NCBI GenBank assembly: GCA_963783305.1
Contig: CAWAMW010000012.1
Location: 1 to 64,000 of the forward strand
Source: an uncultured Gemmatimonadales bacterium
Lineage (GTDB): Bacteria > Gemmatimonadota > Gemmatimonadetes > Longimicrobiales > RSA9
DNA: 64,000 nucleotides
Reading direction: 5' to 3'
Below the pieces are notes generated by a model that had not been told where the DNA came from, did no database searches, and saw nothing but the letters and a program-made list of their open reading frames with translations. Made by a program: the position numbers and the translations under genes. Below, one piece after another: positions 39,366 to 48,501 of the stretch (within the stretch, counting starts at the first letter, position 1; each line of letters opens with the position of its first letter).

Positions 39366-40892
39366 TCAGCCGCCGCCGAGCATCTCCCGGACGCGGGCGC
39401 GGCCCTCCTCCGTCCACTCCGGCGCCGCAGCACTGCTGGCAATGGAGCGCGCCAGGTAGAACGCCAGCCGGGTGACGCGCGCGGCCTTGTCCGTGTCGAT
39501 CGCCGCCGGCTCGTCCGACGGCTTGTGGTAGTCGTCGTGCTCGCCGGTGGTGAAGAAGACGGCCGGGATGCCGCGCTGGATGAACGGCAGCTGGTCGCTC
39601 CGGAAGAAGTACATTTCCTCCGGCTTCGGATCGAGGATGACGGTGAGGCCCAGCTCCGGGTGCTCCGCCAGGATCTGCTGGAGGGTTCCCTCGATGGTGG
39701 TGTACTCCTGGCCGATCCCGATCAGCGTGTCCGGAAGAGGATCCCGCCCGACCATGTCCATGTTGATATTGGCCACGACCGCGCTCAGGTCGAGGGTGGG
39801 GTTCTCGACCCACGCCGCCGAGCCCAGCAGCCCTTTCTCCTCGCCGCTCACCAGCAGGAAGACGACCGACCGCGCCGGTGGCGTCTCCAGTGCCGCGAAC
39901 GCTTCCGCCAGCTCGAGCACTGCGGCGGTGCCGGACGCGTCGTCATCGGCGCCGTTGAAGATGGAGTCGCCGGTCTCATCCGGGGCCCCGACGCCGACGT
40001 GGTCGAAGTGGGCCGTGATGACGATGTAGGTGTCGCTGAGCGCCGGATCGGAGCCGCGGAGCATCCCGACCACGTTCGGCGGCCGCTGAGTCGCCTGGGT
40101 CCGCTCCCCGGAGATGACCAGCGGCCGCTCTCCGAGGGCCACGCTCTCGCCGGCGGCCTGGAGCGACGCGAGGTCGTGGCCGAGGTCGGCGATGAGCCGG
40201 CTCCCGGCGTCGTGGGTGATCCCGACCACCGCGATGGGCGCCTGCTGCTGTGCGGTGGTGGGGGCGAGCTGGGCCACGGCGTCGGCGGGGAACCCGGGCG
40301 CCATGATGATCACCACTCCGGCCGCGCCGCTCATCATGGCGGGCTGCAGCGAGGCCATCAGCCGCTGCTGCCACTCCTGATTGAGCTCCGTGCCCGGGTG
40401 CTGGTAGACGAGCACGGCGCCGCGGGCGTCGGCGGAGGGAGCCGTGGCCTCGCCGGCGATCCCCATGTACCGGACCGGCGCTTCGACGGGCTGTGGTGGT
40501 GGGACCATGAAGTAGTCCACGCCATAGACCGGCTCGGTGTCGGTGCCGGCCACGTGAACGGTGGTCTGCTCCGGCACGAGCGTGGTGATCGTGAGATCGT
40601 AGCGATCGATGAAGGTGCCATCCTCGCCGGCGGGCTCGATACCGGCCGTGCGGAGCTGGCTCGCCAGGTAGGTCGCGGCCTGCTCGAGCTCGGGGCTCGG
40701 GGTGTCGCGTCCCGCCATGGAATCATGGGCGAGGACGCCGATCTTCTGGCCGATGTCCTCGGCGGTGATGGTCATGGCGGCGGCGCGGAGGCCGTCTTCC
40801 GGAGCGGGCGCAGCGGGCGCGGAGACGCCACATCCGGCCAGGGCGGGAATGAGGAGGACCGCGAGGTGCGGCCGGCGGATGGCGGATATCAT
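39366..40892 (-). CDS. M28 family peptidase lipoprotein (PA domain)
   Basis: Lipobox LAGC, AHFDHVG, NGADDDASG, GEEKGLLGS, RSDQ, YHKPSD. Confidence 0.9.
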   Translation of the reverse strand: MISAIRRPHLAVLLIPALAGCGVSAPAAPAPEDGLRAAAMTITAEDIGQKIGVLAHDSMAGRDTPSPELEQAATYLASQLRTAGIEPAGEDGTFIDRYDLTITTLVPEQTTVHVAGTDTEPVYGVDYFMVPPPQPVEAPVRYMGIAGEATAPSADARGAVLVYQHPGTELNQEWQQRLMASLQPAMMSGAAGVVIIMAPGFPADAVAQLAPTTAQQQAPIAVVGITHDAGSRLIADLGHDLASLQAAGESVALGERPLVISGERTQATQRPPNVVGMLRGSDPALSDTYIVITAHFDHVGVGAPDETGDSIFNGADDDASGTAAVLELAEAFAALETPPARSVVFLLVSGEEKGLLGSAAWVENPTLDLSAVVANINMDMVGRDPLPDTLIGIGQEYTTIEGTLQQILAEHPELGLTVILDPKPEEMYFFRSDQLPFIQRGIPAVFFTTGEHDDYHKPSDEPAAIDTDKAARVTRLAFYLARSIASSAAAPEWTEEGRARVREMLGGG

Positions 40893-41037
40893 GGAGCGTC
40901 TCCGGATTTCTAAGGATCGGGTGCACGAGCGTGTCGACGTTACCAGATGTCGGGGGCGCGGACAACGCCCCACGTTGACGACGGCCGCCCGGGCGGCGCA
41001 TCTTGCCGGTCCTTCTGGAGCGGAACAGTGAGAGGCG

Positions 41038-42336
41038 ATGTCGAGCATGGTCGAGGTGCGGGACCTGAAGGAGCACGTGGGGGCGGAGGTCACCATCGCG
41101 GGGTGGGTGGAGACCACGCGGTCGCACGGCAAGGTCGGTTTCGTCGTGGTACGGGACGGGACGGGCGTCGTGCAGTGCGTGGTGCTGAAGAAGGCGGTGG
41201 GCGACGAGACGTGGGAGGTTTTCTCCGGGCTCACGCAGGAGACGACGGTGCGGATCACCGGCGGCGTCCAGCAGGACGACCGGGCGCCCGGCGGCTTCGA
41301 GCTGACGCTCTCGGCCCTCGAGGTCATTTCCGCGCCCGTGGAGGAATACCCGATCCAGCCGAAAGAGCACGGCGTCGAGTTCCTGCTGGACAACCGCCAC
41401 CTGTGGCTCCGGAGCGCGCAGCAGCGCGCCGGGCTCAGGATCCGCGACGAGGTGGAGAAGGGGATCCACGACTTCTTCTACGACCGCGGCTTCGTCCGCA
41501 TCGACACGCCCATCCTCTCGGGCGCCATCGGGGAGAGCGCGGGCACCCTGTTCGAGACCGACTACTTCGGCGAGAAAGCCTACCTCGCGCAGACGGGCCA
41601 GCTGTACGTGGAAGCGGCGGCGGCGGCGTTCCGGAAGGTGTACTGCTTCGGGCCCACGTTCCGGGCGGAGAAGTCGAAGACGCGGCGGCACCTGACGGAG
41701 TTCTGGATGGTGGAGCCGGAGGTGGCGTTCGCCGACTCCGATGACAACATGCGTCTCCAGGAGCAGTTCGTTTCCTACCTGGTGCAGCGCGCCGTGGAAA
41801 ACTGCACCGGGGAGCTGGCGGTCCTGGAGCGGGACCCGAAGGCGCTGGAGAACGTGAAGCCGCCGTTCCCGCGAGTGAGCTACACGGAGGCGGTGGAGTT
41901 CCTCCGGAAGGAGGGTCACGAGATCGAGTGGGGCGACGACCTCGGGGCGCCGCACGAGGCGGCGATCAGCGCCCAGTACGACCGCCCGGTCTTCGTCTAC
42001 AACTACCCGAAGGAGGCGAAGGCCTTCTACATGAAGGAGAACCCGGAGGATCCGCGCACGGTGCTGTGCGATGACCTCCTGGCGCCGGAAGGGTACGGGG
42101 AGATCATCGGCGGGAGCCAGCGCGAGGACGACTACCACAAGCTGGTGGAGCGGATCCGGGAGGAAGGGCTGCCGCGTGAGCCCTACGAGTGGTACCTGGA
42201 TCTCCGGAAGTACGGCGGGTTCCCCCACTCGGGCTTCGGCCTCGGCCTGGAGCGGACCGTGGCGTGGATCACCGGCAAGCGACACATCCGTGAGTTCATT
42301 CCGTTCCCGAGGATGATCAACCGGCTGTATCCGTAG
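41038..42336 (+). CDS. asnS: Asparagine--tRNA ligase
   Basis: YLAQTGQLY, FRAEKSKTRRHLTEFWM, PHSGFGLGLER. Confidence 0.96.
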   Translation: MSSMVEVRDLKEHVGAEVTIAGWVETTRSHGKVGFVVVRDGTGVVQCVVLKKAVGDETWEVFSGLTQETTVRITGGVQQDDRAPGGFELTLSALEVISAPVEEYPIQPKEHGVEFLLDNRHLWLRSAQQRAGLRIRDEVEKGIHDFFYDRGFVRIDTPILSGAIGESAGTLFETDYFGEKAYLAQTGQLYVEAAAAAFRKVYCFGPTFRAEKSKTRRHLTEFWMVEPEVAFADSDDNMRLQEQFVSYLVQRAVENCTGELAVLERDPKALENVKPPFPRVSYTEAVEFLRKEGHEIEWGDDLGAPHEAAISAQYDRPVFVYNYPKEAKAFYMKENPEDPRTVLCDDLLAPEGYGEIIGGSQREDDYHKLVERIREEGLPREPYEWYLDLRKYGGFPHSGFGLGLERTVAWITGKRHIREFIPFPRMINRLYP

Positions 42337-42548
42337 GGTGGCGAGGCCGCTTCGCGGCCTCGCAGGGTGGCCGCTTCGCGGCAGGGTGGCTCGGCGTTGC
42401 CTCGCAGGGTGGCTCGGCCTTCGGCCTCGCAGGGTGGCCGCTTCGCGGCAGGGTGGCTCGGCCTTCGGCCTCGCAGGGTGGCCGCTTCGCGGCAGGGTGG
42501 CTCGGCCTCTGGCCTCGCAGAGTGGCTGCTTCGCGGGCAGGGTGGCCG
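42335..42548. repeat. BIME-like mosaic repeat (about 10 GCAGGGTGGC cores with alternating mini-hairpins)
   Basis: Alternating GGGTGGCCGCTTCGCGGCA and GGGTGGCTCGGCCTTCGGCCTCGCA; same family as 35974-36114. Confidence 0.9.
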
Positions 42549-42551
42549 GCT

Positions 42552-43979
42552 TCAGCCGATCCCCTCCTCCACGATGGCCTCTGCCGCCACCTCCTCGGCG
42601 AGCGCCTGGTCTCCGGTGAGAGCGGGCTTCTTCCAGCGGCCGAAGGCCATCCAGGCGGCGCCGGCGAGCGCGGAGAGGACGTACGAGGCCGGGTGGGCCC
42701 ACCAGATGCCAGCCGCTCCCAGCGGAGTGCGGACCGACAGGATCCACGCGACCGGGAAGAGGAAGACCCAGACGCTGAGGACGGTCATGACCAGGGCGAG
42801 CATGGTGTTGCCCGCGCCGCGGAACACGCCGCCGATGGTAATGGCGAAGCCGAGGAACCCGAACGACCAGGCCAGGATGCGGAGGAAGTGGGCGCCCTCG
42901 GCGACGACGGCGGCGTCGTCCTTGATGAACGCGGCCACGATGGGCTCGGCGAAGGGGAAGACGAGGGCCCCGGCGGCGCCGAGGACGAGGAAGGCGACGA
43001 GGAGGGAGAGGCGGGCGGTGGCATCGACGCGCTCGTCCTTGCCGGCACCCACGTTCTGTCCGACGAGGGTGGAGGTGGCCATGGCGAGGCCGAGGGCGGG
43101 GATCACGAAGAAGCTGAGAATCCGGCTGCCGATCCCGTAAGCGGCGATGGTGACGGTGGGGTACCCGGCGACGAGGGTGGCCATGAGCGCGAAGCCGAGG
43201 CCGCGGGTCGTCTGTTCGAGGGCGGCGGGTCCGCCCAGGCGGAGCATGCGGCCGAGGAGGGGGAAGTCCGGGGCCAGGAGGTCGCGGACCCGGAGTCGTA
43301 TGGCCTGCTTGCCGGAGAAGAGGAGCGCGAGCCCGATGATGGCGGCGATCCCCTGGGTCAGGACGGTGGCGGCCGCGGCGCCGGCGACGCCCATGGCGGG
43401 CACCGGTCCCCAGCCGAGGATGAAGAGCGGGTCGGCCGCGAAGTTGAGGAGGACGGTGACCAGGACGACGACGAACGGTGTGACCACGTCACCGACCCCG
43501 CGCATGAGGGACTGGTAGACGAAGTAGATGAAGAGGAAGGCGAGGCCGAGGAAGGAGACCTCGAGGTAGGCCACGGCTCCCTGGAGCACGGCCCCCCTTG
43601 CTCCCATGAGGGCCATGATGCTCCCTGCGCCGAAGTAGCCCACCACGCTCAGCACCACGGACACGGAAATGATGGCCAGGAGCGTCTGGCCTGCCACGTG
43701 GTCCACCTGCGCCTGATCGCCGCGCCCCCGGTTCTGCGCCACGAGGATGGCCCCGGCCACGCTGAGCCCGCCGCCCAGGGAAATGAGGACGAAGATGACG
43801 GGGAAGGAGAGGCTGACGGCGGCCACGGCCTCCGCCCCGATCCGGCCCAGCCAGAACGTGTCGGTGAGCTGGTAGACGGTCTGGAGGACGTTGGCCAGCG
43901 AGATGGGGATGGCGAGGGCGAAGAGGGCGCCGATGATGGATCCCTCGGTGAGGTCGCGCCCGCCCGGGCCACGCCTCAT
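42552..43979 (-). CDS. MATE family efflux transporter
   Basis: DLTEGSI..LAIPI, MRGVGD..TP, MGVAGAAAAT; about 12 hydrophobic segments. Confidence 0.92.
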   Translation of the reverse strand: MRRGPGGRDLTEGSIIGALFALAIPISLANVLQTVYQLTDTFWLGRIGAEAVAAVSLSFPVIFVLISLGGGLSVAGAILVAQNRGRGDQAQVDHVAGQTLLAIISVSVVLSVVGYFGAGSIMALMGARGAVLQGAVAYLEVSFLGLAFLFIYFVYQSLMRGVGDVVTPFVVVLVTVLLNFAADPLFILGWGPVPAMGVAGAAAATVLTQGIAAIIGLALLFSGKQAIRLRVRDLLAPDFPLLGRMLRLGGPAALEQTTRGLGFALMATLVAGYPTVTIAAYGIGSRILSFFVIPALGLAMATSTLVGQNVGAGKDERVDATARLSLLVAFLVLGAAGALVFPFAEPIVAAFIKDDAAVVAEGAHFLRILAWSFGFLGFAITIGGVFRGAGNTMLALVMTVLSVWVFLFPVAWILSVRTPLGAAGIWWAHPASYVLSALAGAAWMAFGRWKKPALTGDQALAEEVAAEAIVEEGIG

Positions 43980-44797
43980 CCGGTGCTCTCCCGTTCCTCC
44001 CGCTTCACTTCCTGCCAGAGCGCTTCCATGGCGTCCAGCCCCGACGACTCCAGCACCATCCCGCGCTCCCGGGCCAGCCGCTCCAGCGCCTCGAAGCGGC
44101 GGGCGAACTTGGCGTTGGCGCCGTTCAGCGCCAGCAGGGCGTGGGCGCCGGCCAGCCGGCTCAGGTTGACGACCGCGAAGAGCAGGTCCCCGAGCTCCTC
44201 CTCGAGCTCCTCTTCCGCCGCCGCCTGCGCGCCAGATCCGGACCCGCATCCCCGCAACGTGTCCATGGCCAGCCGCACTTCTTCCATCTCCTCGGCCACC
44301 TTGGCGAAGGCGCCGGTGGCATCGTCCCAGTCGAAGCCCACGGCGGCGACACGGTCCTGGATCCGGTGGGCCCGGCTGAGGGGATCGAGACCGCGGGGCA
44401 CCCCCTCCAGCAGACTGCCGGGCGTGTCACCCGTGTCCTGGTTGCGCTCCTTTGCCTTCAGCGCCTCCCAGTCCTCCTGGTCACCGAGCCCGTAGAGGTG
44501 GGGGTGGCGACGGCGCATCTTCTCGACGACGGTGTCTGCCACCGTCTCGGCGTCGAATGCCGCGCGCTCCTCGCCAAGTACGAGCTGAAAGGCGACGTTC
44601 AGGAGGAGATCGCCGAGCTCGGAGCGGAGCGCGTCATCATCGGCAGCGGTGATGGCCTCGGCGGTCTCGTGGGCCTCCTCGAGGAGGTACGGTATGAGGG
44701 AGCGATGCGTCTGGGCGGCATCCCAGGGGCAGTGAGCCCGGAGGAACCGGACCAGGTCCATGACGCGGTCGAGGGCGTCTGATTGCTTGTCGTTCAC
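43976..44797 (-). CDS. mazG: Nucleoside triphosphate pyrophosphohydrolase MazG
   Basis: CPWDAAQTH, LLEEAHE, ELGDLL (twice), RRHPHL, KFARRF. Confidence 0.95.
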   Translation of the reverse strand: MNDKQSDALDRVMDLVRFLRAHCPWDAAQTHRSLIPYLLEEAHETAEAITAADDDALRSELGDLLLNVAFQLVLGEERAAFDAETVADTVVEKMRRRHPHLYGLGDQEDWEALKAKERNQDTGDTPGSLLEGVPRGLDPLSRAHRIQDRVAAVGFDWDDATGAFAKVAEEMEEVRLAMDTLRGCGSGSGAQAAAEEELEEELGDLLFAVVNLSRLAGAHALLALNGANAKFARRFEALERLARERGMVLESSGLDAMEALWQEVKREERESTG

Positions 44798-44812
44798 GGG
44801 GCGTCTATACTA
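44783..44812. promoter_or_regulatory. Overlapping divergent promoters for alr and mazG
   Basis: Plus strand TTGCTT-N17-TATACT. Minus strand TAGTAT 9 nt before the mazG GTG (possibly leaderless). Confidence 0.45.
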
Positions 44813-44829
44813 TTCGATCTTTACGGGTT

Positions 44830-45984
44830 ATGGCAATCATAGACACGCGCGCATGGATCGAGGTGGACCTCGACGCCCTGCGCGCGAATTACGAGACGGT
44901 GCGCCAGACGGTGGGCGCAGGCACGGTCATCGTGCCGATGGTGAAGGCGGACGCCTACGGAGTGGGCGCCGCCCGGGTCGTGCGCGCCCTGGAGCCGCTG
45001 GGACCGTGGGGGTACGGCGTGGCCACGGCGGTGGAGGGAGCATCGCTCCGGGCCTACGGCGTGACGCGACCCGTGCTGCTGGCGGGGCCGCTGCCGGGGG
45101 CCGATGTGCACGTGGCGGCCCGGGCGGGACTGACCGCTTCCATCTCGTCGCTCGACGGGCTGGACGCGTGGGTGGCGGCGGCACGGCGAGTGGGTGACCG
45201 ACTGGACTTCCACGTCGACGTGGACACGGGCATGGGCCGGACCGGCTTCGACTGGCGGGAGCGCGAGAGCTGGGCGGCGGGGGTGCTCGAGCGATGCGGC
45301 GAGTGGGTGCGATGGACGGGCGTGTTCACGCATTTCCACAGCGCGGACGCGCCGGACCCCGCCAGCGCGAGCGTGCAGTGGGAACGTTTCGATCGCACCC
45401 TCGTACAACTCCCCGTGCCGCGGGAGACGCTGCTGGTACACGTGGCAAACAGTGCCGGGTCGCTCCGATTCCCGCAGTACGGAGCCGACGCGGTTCGCCC
45501 TGGCATTTTCCTGTATGGCGGCAACCCCGCGCCGGACGTGGCGGGAGTGCCGACGCCGGCGCCGGTGGTGAGCGTGCGCTCGCGGCTGGCGCACGTGCGC
45601 GACGTGCCGGCGGGGAGCACGGTCGGGTACGGTTCCACGTATGTGGCGGATCGCCCGGAGAAGTGGGGGACGGTGTCGGCGGGGTACGCGGACGGGATCC
45701 CGCGGATCCTCGGGAACCGGGGCCACGCGCTGGTGCGGGGTCGGAGGGTGCCGATGATCGGGCGGATCAGCATGGATCTGATCACGGTGCGGCTGGACGG
45801 TGTTCCGGAGGCGGAGCGGGGGGACGTCGTGACGCTCATCGGGGCCGACGGCGCCGAGCGGATCACGGTGGACGAGGTAGCGCAGCAGGCGGAGACGATC
45901 GGGTACGAGATCCTGGTGTCGGTCGGCAGCAGTCGGCTGCCCCGGGTCGAGCGAACGGAAGAGACGGAAGGCGAGAGAGCATAA
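44830..45984 (+). CDS. alr: Alanine racemase
   Basis: VKADAYG, DTGMGRTG, VRPGIFLYG, GYADG, GRISMD. Confidence 0.96.
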   Translation: MAIIDTRAWIEVDLDALRANYETVRQTVGAGTVIVPMVKADAYGVGAARVVRALEPLGPWGYGVATAVEGASLRAYGVTRPVLLAGPLPGADVHVAARAGLTASISSLDGLDAWVAAARRVGDRLDFHVDVDTGMGRTGFDWRERESWAAGVLERCGEWVRWTGVFTHFHSADAPDPASASVQWERFDRTLVQLPVPRETLLVHVANSAGSLRFPQYGADAVRPGIFLYGGNPAPDVAGVPTPAPVVSVRSRLAHVRDVPAGSTVGYGSTYVADRPEKWGTVSAGYADGIPRILGNRGHALVRGRRVPMIGRISMDLITVRLDGVPEAERGDVVTLIGADGAERITVDEVAQQAETIGYEILVSVGSSRLPRVERTEETEGERA

Positions 45985-47271
45985 ATGCGGCGGACACTGA
46001 TCCACGGCCTCGTGCTGGCACTGGGCGCGGGTATGGCGGGCTGCACCGATGAGGTGCCGACGGCGGTCGGCGGCGACCTGATCGGGGTGGGATACAGGAC
46101 GTATGAGGTGGTGCTGGACGCCGCGACGTTCCTGGAGGCGGACACCACGTACACCGGCCTCGGCAGCCTGAACTTCGCGCCGTTCGGGCTGGCGGCGAAC
46201 GCGTTCGGGGACGAGCTCTTCGCGCACACGCTCATCCGGATCCGGCGTCCGACGCAGGTGACCTACCAGAAGGACGGGGCGACCGTCACCGACACCGCGT
46301 TCACGGTCGTGGGCGGAACGCTCACAGTGATCGTGGACAGCCTGTCGGAGTCGTCCGGCCCGGTGGACCTCGAGCTGCTGGAAGTGACCGAGAGCTGGGA
46401 CGCCAGCACGGTGACGTGGGAGGAGCGCTTCGACACCGCGGGCGTGAGCGAGCCATGGCAGGAGCCGGGCGGGAGCACCGACGCGCTGCTGGGGAAGAGC
46501 CTCGGCCTGAGCGGGGATACCCTCCGGCTCGTGCTGGACTCGGCGGCCGCCGCGGTCTGGGGCGATTCCGTGTCCGCGTTCAATGGCGGTCTTATCCGGA
46601 TGGCGACGGTGGGGGCTCGGATCCGGATGGAGTCCGTACAGTTCGCGTTCGATGTTCGTCCCGAGGGTGCGGACACCGTCGTCACCGGGGGGAGCATCAA
46701 CAGCCGGGCGATCGTGGCGACACCGGAGCCCTCCGCGGCGCCCCAGTCGGAGATCCGCGTAGGCGGAGTCCCCGTCTGGCGAACGGTGCTGAACTTCCGG
46801 CCGATGGACGAGATCATGATCCCGTGCGCCCCGGGCAGCGGGACGTGCGAGCCGGTCGCGCTTTCGAAGGTGGAGGTGAATCTGGCGGCGCTGCTCCTCG
46901 AGCCGGTGCAGGTTCTCGCTCGCCGGATCGAGAAGCCGCTCGGAATCGAAGGCCGAGCGGTGCTGCGGGCGCCCGGCGTCCCTGTAACGCGGTCGGCGCT
47001 GAGCCCCGTCATCGGGGGCACTCCCACGGGCATCGATCCCGACCTCTTCACGGCGGACCCGGAAGAGCCAGGACGGGTGGCGATCCCCATCACCGCGTAC
47101 GTACGCCAGAACCTGGATCCCCCCGGCGACGGGGACCCGGTGCTGTGGCTGGCGCTCCTCGCTCAGCTGGAGCAGGTCGCGCCGCTCTTCGGCTACGCAG
47201 CCTTCGCATCGATCGAGTCCGACAACCCACCACAGCTGCGGCTCGTGGTGACGGTTCCGACGCAGGAGTGA
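45985..47271 (+). CDS. Hypothetical lipoprotein (DNRLRE-like motif)
   Basis: Lipobox MAGC; VTESWDASTVTWEE resembles the DNRLRE-domain motif. Confidence 0.7.
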   Translation: MRRTLIHGLVLALGAGMAGCTDEVPTAVGGDLIGVGYRTYEVVLDAATFLEADTTYTGLGSLNFAPFGLAANAFGDELFAHTLIRIRRPTQVTYQKDGATVTDTAFTVVGGTLTVIVDSLSESSGPVDLELLEVTESWDASTVTWEERFDTAGVSEPWQEPGGSTDALLGKSLGLSGDTLRLVLDSAAAAVWGDSVSAFNGGLIRMATVGARIRMESVQFAFDVRPEGADTVVTGGSINSRAIVATPEPSAAPQSEIRVGGVPVWRTVLNFRPMDEIMIPCAPGSGTCEPVALSKVEVNLAALLLEPVQVLARRIEKPLGIEGRAVLRAPGVPVTRSALSPVIGGTPTGIDPDLFTADPEEPGRVAIPITAYVRQNLDPPGDGDPVLWLALLAQLEQVAPLFGYAAFASIESDNPPQLRLVVTVPTQE

Positions 47272-47275
47272 CGCA

Positions 47276-48490
47276 GTGATCCTTTCGCAACACATCCGAC
47301 TCGCGGCTCTGGCCGCGGTGGTGGGGCTCCTGCCGGCGATGCCGGCGACGGGGCAGTCGCTCACATCGATCCGTGGACTCGGCTATCCCATGATGGCCAC
47401 GGATGCGCGCACCGAGGCGCTGGGCGGCCTCGGTCTCGGGTTGAAGGGGCTCTCATCGCCGCTGACGAATCCCGCGTCCGCGGCGGGTGTGCTGCGGCCT
47501 GGTGCCGTGGTGGCCGTGACGGCGGTGGAGCAGACCGCGGCCATTGGAGGCGAGGACGCCAGCTTCGGCGCGACCCGTTTCCCGCTGATCCGTGCGTATT
47601 ACCCCATGAATGGCGTGGTCCTGACCGCCGGGTACGGCGGCTACCTCGACCAGTCGTGGGGCGTGGAACGAACGGGCGTGCAGGACGCCGGGGGAACCAC
47701 GGTGGCGTTCCGGGACTTCGTGCGGTCGGTGGGCGGGATCGGGCAGTTCCAGCTGGGGGCGGCGGTGCCGATCGGGGCCCGGCTGGCGCTGGGAGGCGCC
47801 GTAGGGGCGTACACCGGCGACCAGCGGCTCCAGTTCCAGCGGCTGTTCGACAGCACTTCTCTGGGTCCGCTGGAGCGATTCTCGGAGACCCGTACCGTGA
47901 AGTACTTCGCCCCGATGGCCCAGGTGGGGGTGCGCTGGGACCCCGCCCCGATGCTGCGTGTCGGAGCGAGCTTCACGTGGGCGGGCACGCTGAGCGCCGA
48001 CTCGGCATCCGGACCCGCCGTGAGCCGGGAATACGACCTCCCACTTCAGGCGGCGGCGGGTGCGAGCGCGTACCTGTCGCCGGGGCTGCTGGCGACCGTC
48101 TCCGGCCGGTGGAGCGGGTGGAGCTCCGTGGGCGGTGTCCCGGGGACGGCGCTGCAGGGCGGCGCTGTCGCAGCCGGGCATGACACGTGGGAGGTGGGCG
48201 GCGGGCTGGAGCTGGACAACCCGGCGAGCCGCGCGGTGCGGAGCTTCCCCATCCGCGTGGGCGCCCAGTACCGGCAGCTGCCGTTCACCTTCAGCAACGA
48301 GCTACCGACCGAATGGTTCATCGGCGGCGGGGTCGGCATGCGTATCGGCGCCACGCCAGAGAATCCGCTCGTGCGGGCGGACCTGACGGTGCAGCGGGGA
48401 GAGCGGACCGCTCTCATCGACGGTACCACCGACGAGCTTACCGAAAGCGCCTGGCGCTTCTCGCTCTCGCTGTCAGTGTTCGGAAATTGA
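47276..48490 (+). CDS. Outer-membrane beta-barrel (FadL/OmpP1/PorV-like)
   Basis: Signal peptide, ARTEALGGLG...NPASAA hatch-like motif, alternating beta strands, terminal FSLSLSVF. Confidence 0.7.
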   Translation: MILSQHIRLAALAAVVGLLPAMPATGQSLTSIRGLGYPMMATDARTEALGGLGLGLKGLSSPLTNPASAAGVLRPGAVVAVTAVEQTAAIGGEDASFGATRFPLIRAYYPMNGVVLTAGYGGYLDQSWGVERTGVQDAGGTTVAFRDFVRSVGGIGQFQLGAAVPIGARLALGGAVGAYTGDQRLQFQRLFDSTSLGPLERFSETRTVKYFAPMAQVGVRWDPAPMLRVGASFTWAGTLSADSASGPAVSREYDLPLQAAAGASAYLSPGLLATVSGRWSGWSSVGGVPGTALQGGAVAAGHDTWEVGGGLELDNPASRAVRSFPIRVGAQYRQLPFTFSNELPTEWFIGGGVGMRIGATPENPLVRADLTVQRGERTALIDGTTDELTESAWRFSLSLSVFGN

Positions 48491-48501
48491 CCCGATCCAA
48501 C

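Noticed and set aside
42335..42548. CRISPR array or repeat-encoded ORFs (42338-42619, 42453-44495)
   Set aside because: The intervening sequences are recurring hairpins, and the ORFs are shadows of the repeat and of the antisense MATE/mazG genes.
44821..47364. Long antisense ORFs (e.g. 847 aa here, 897 aa at 58271-60964, 581 aa at 7991-9736)
   Set aside because: They are typical stop-poor shadow frames of high-GC genes and carry no recognisable motifs.
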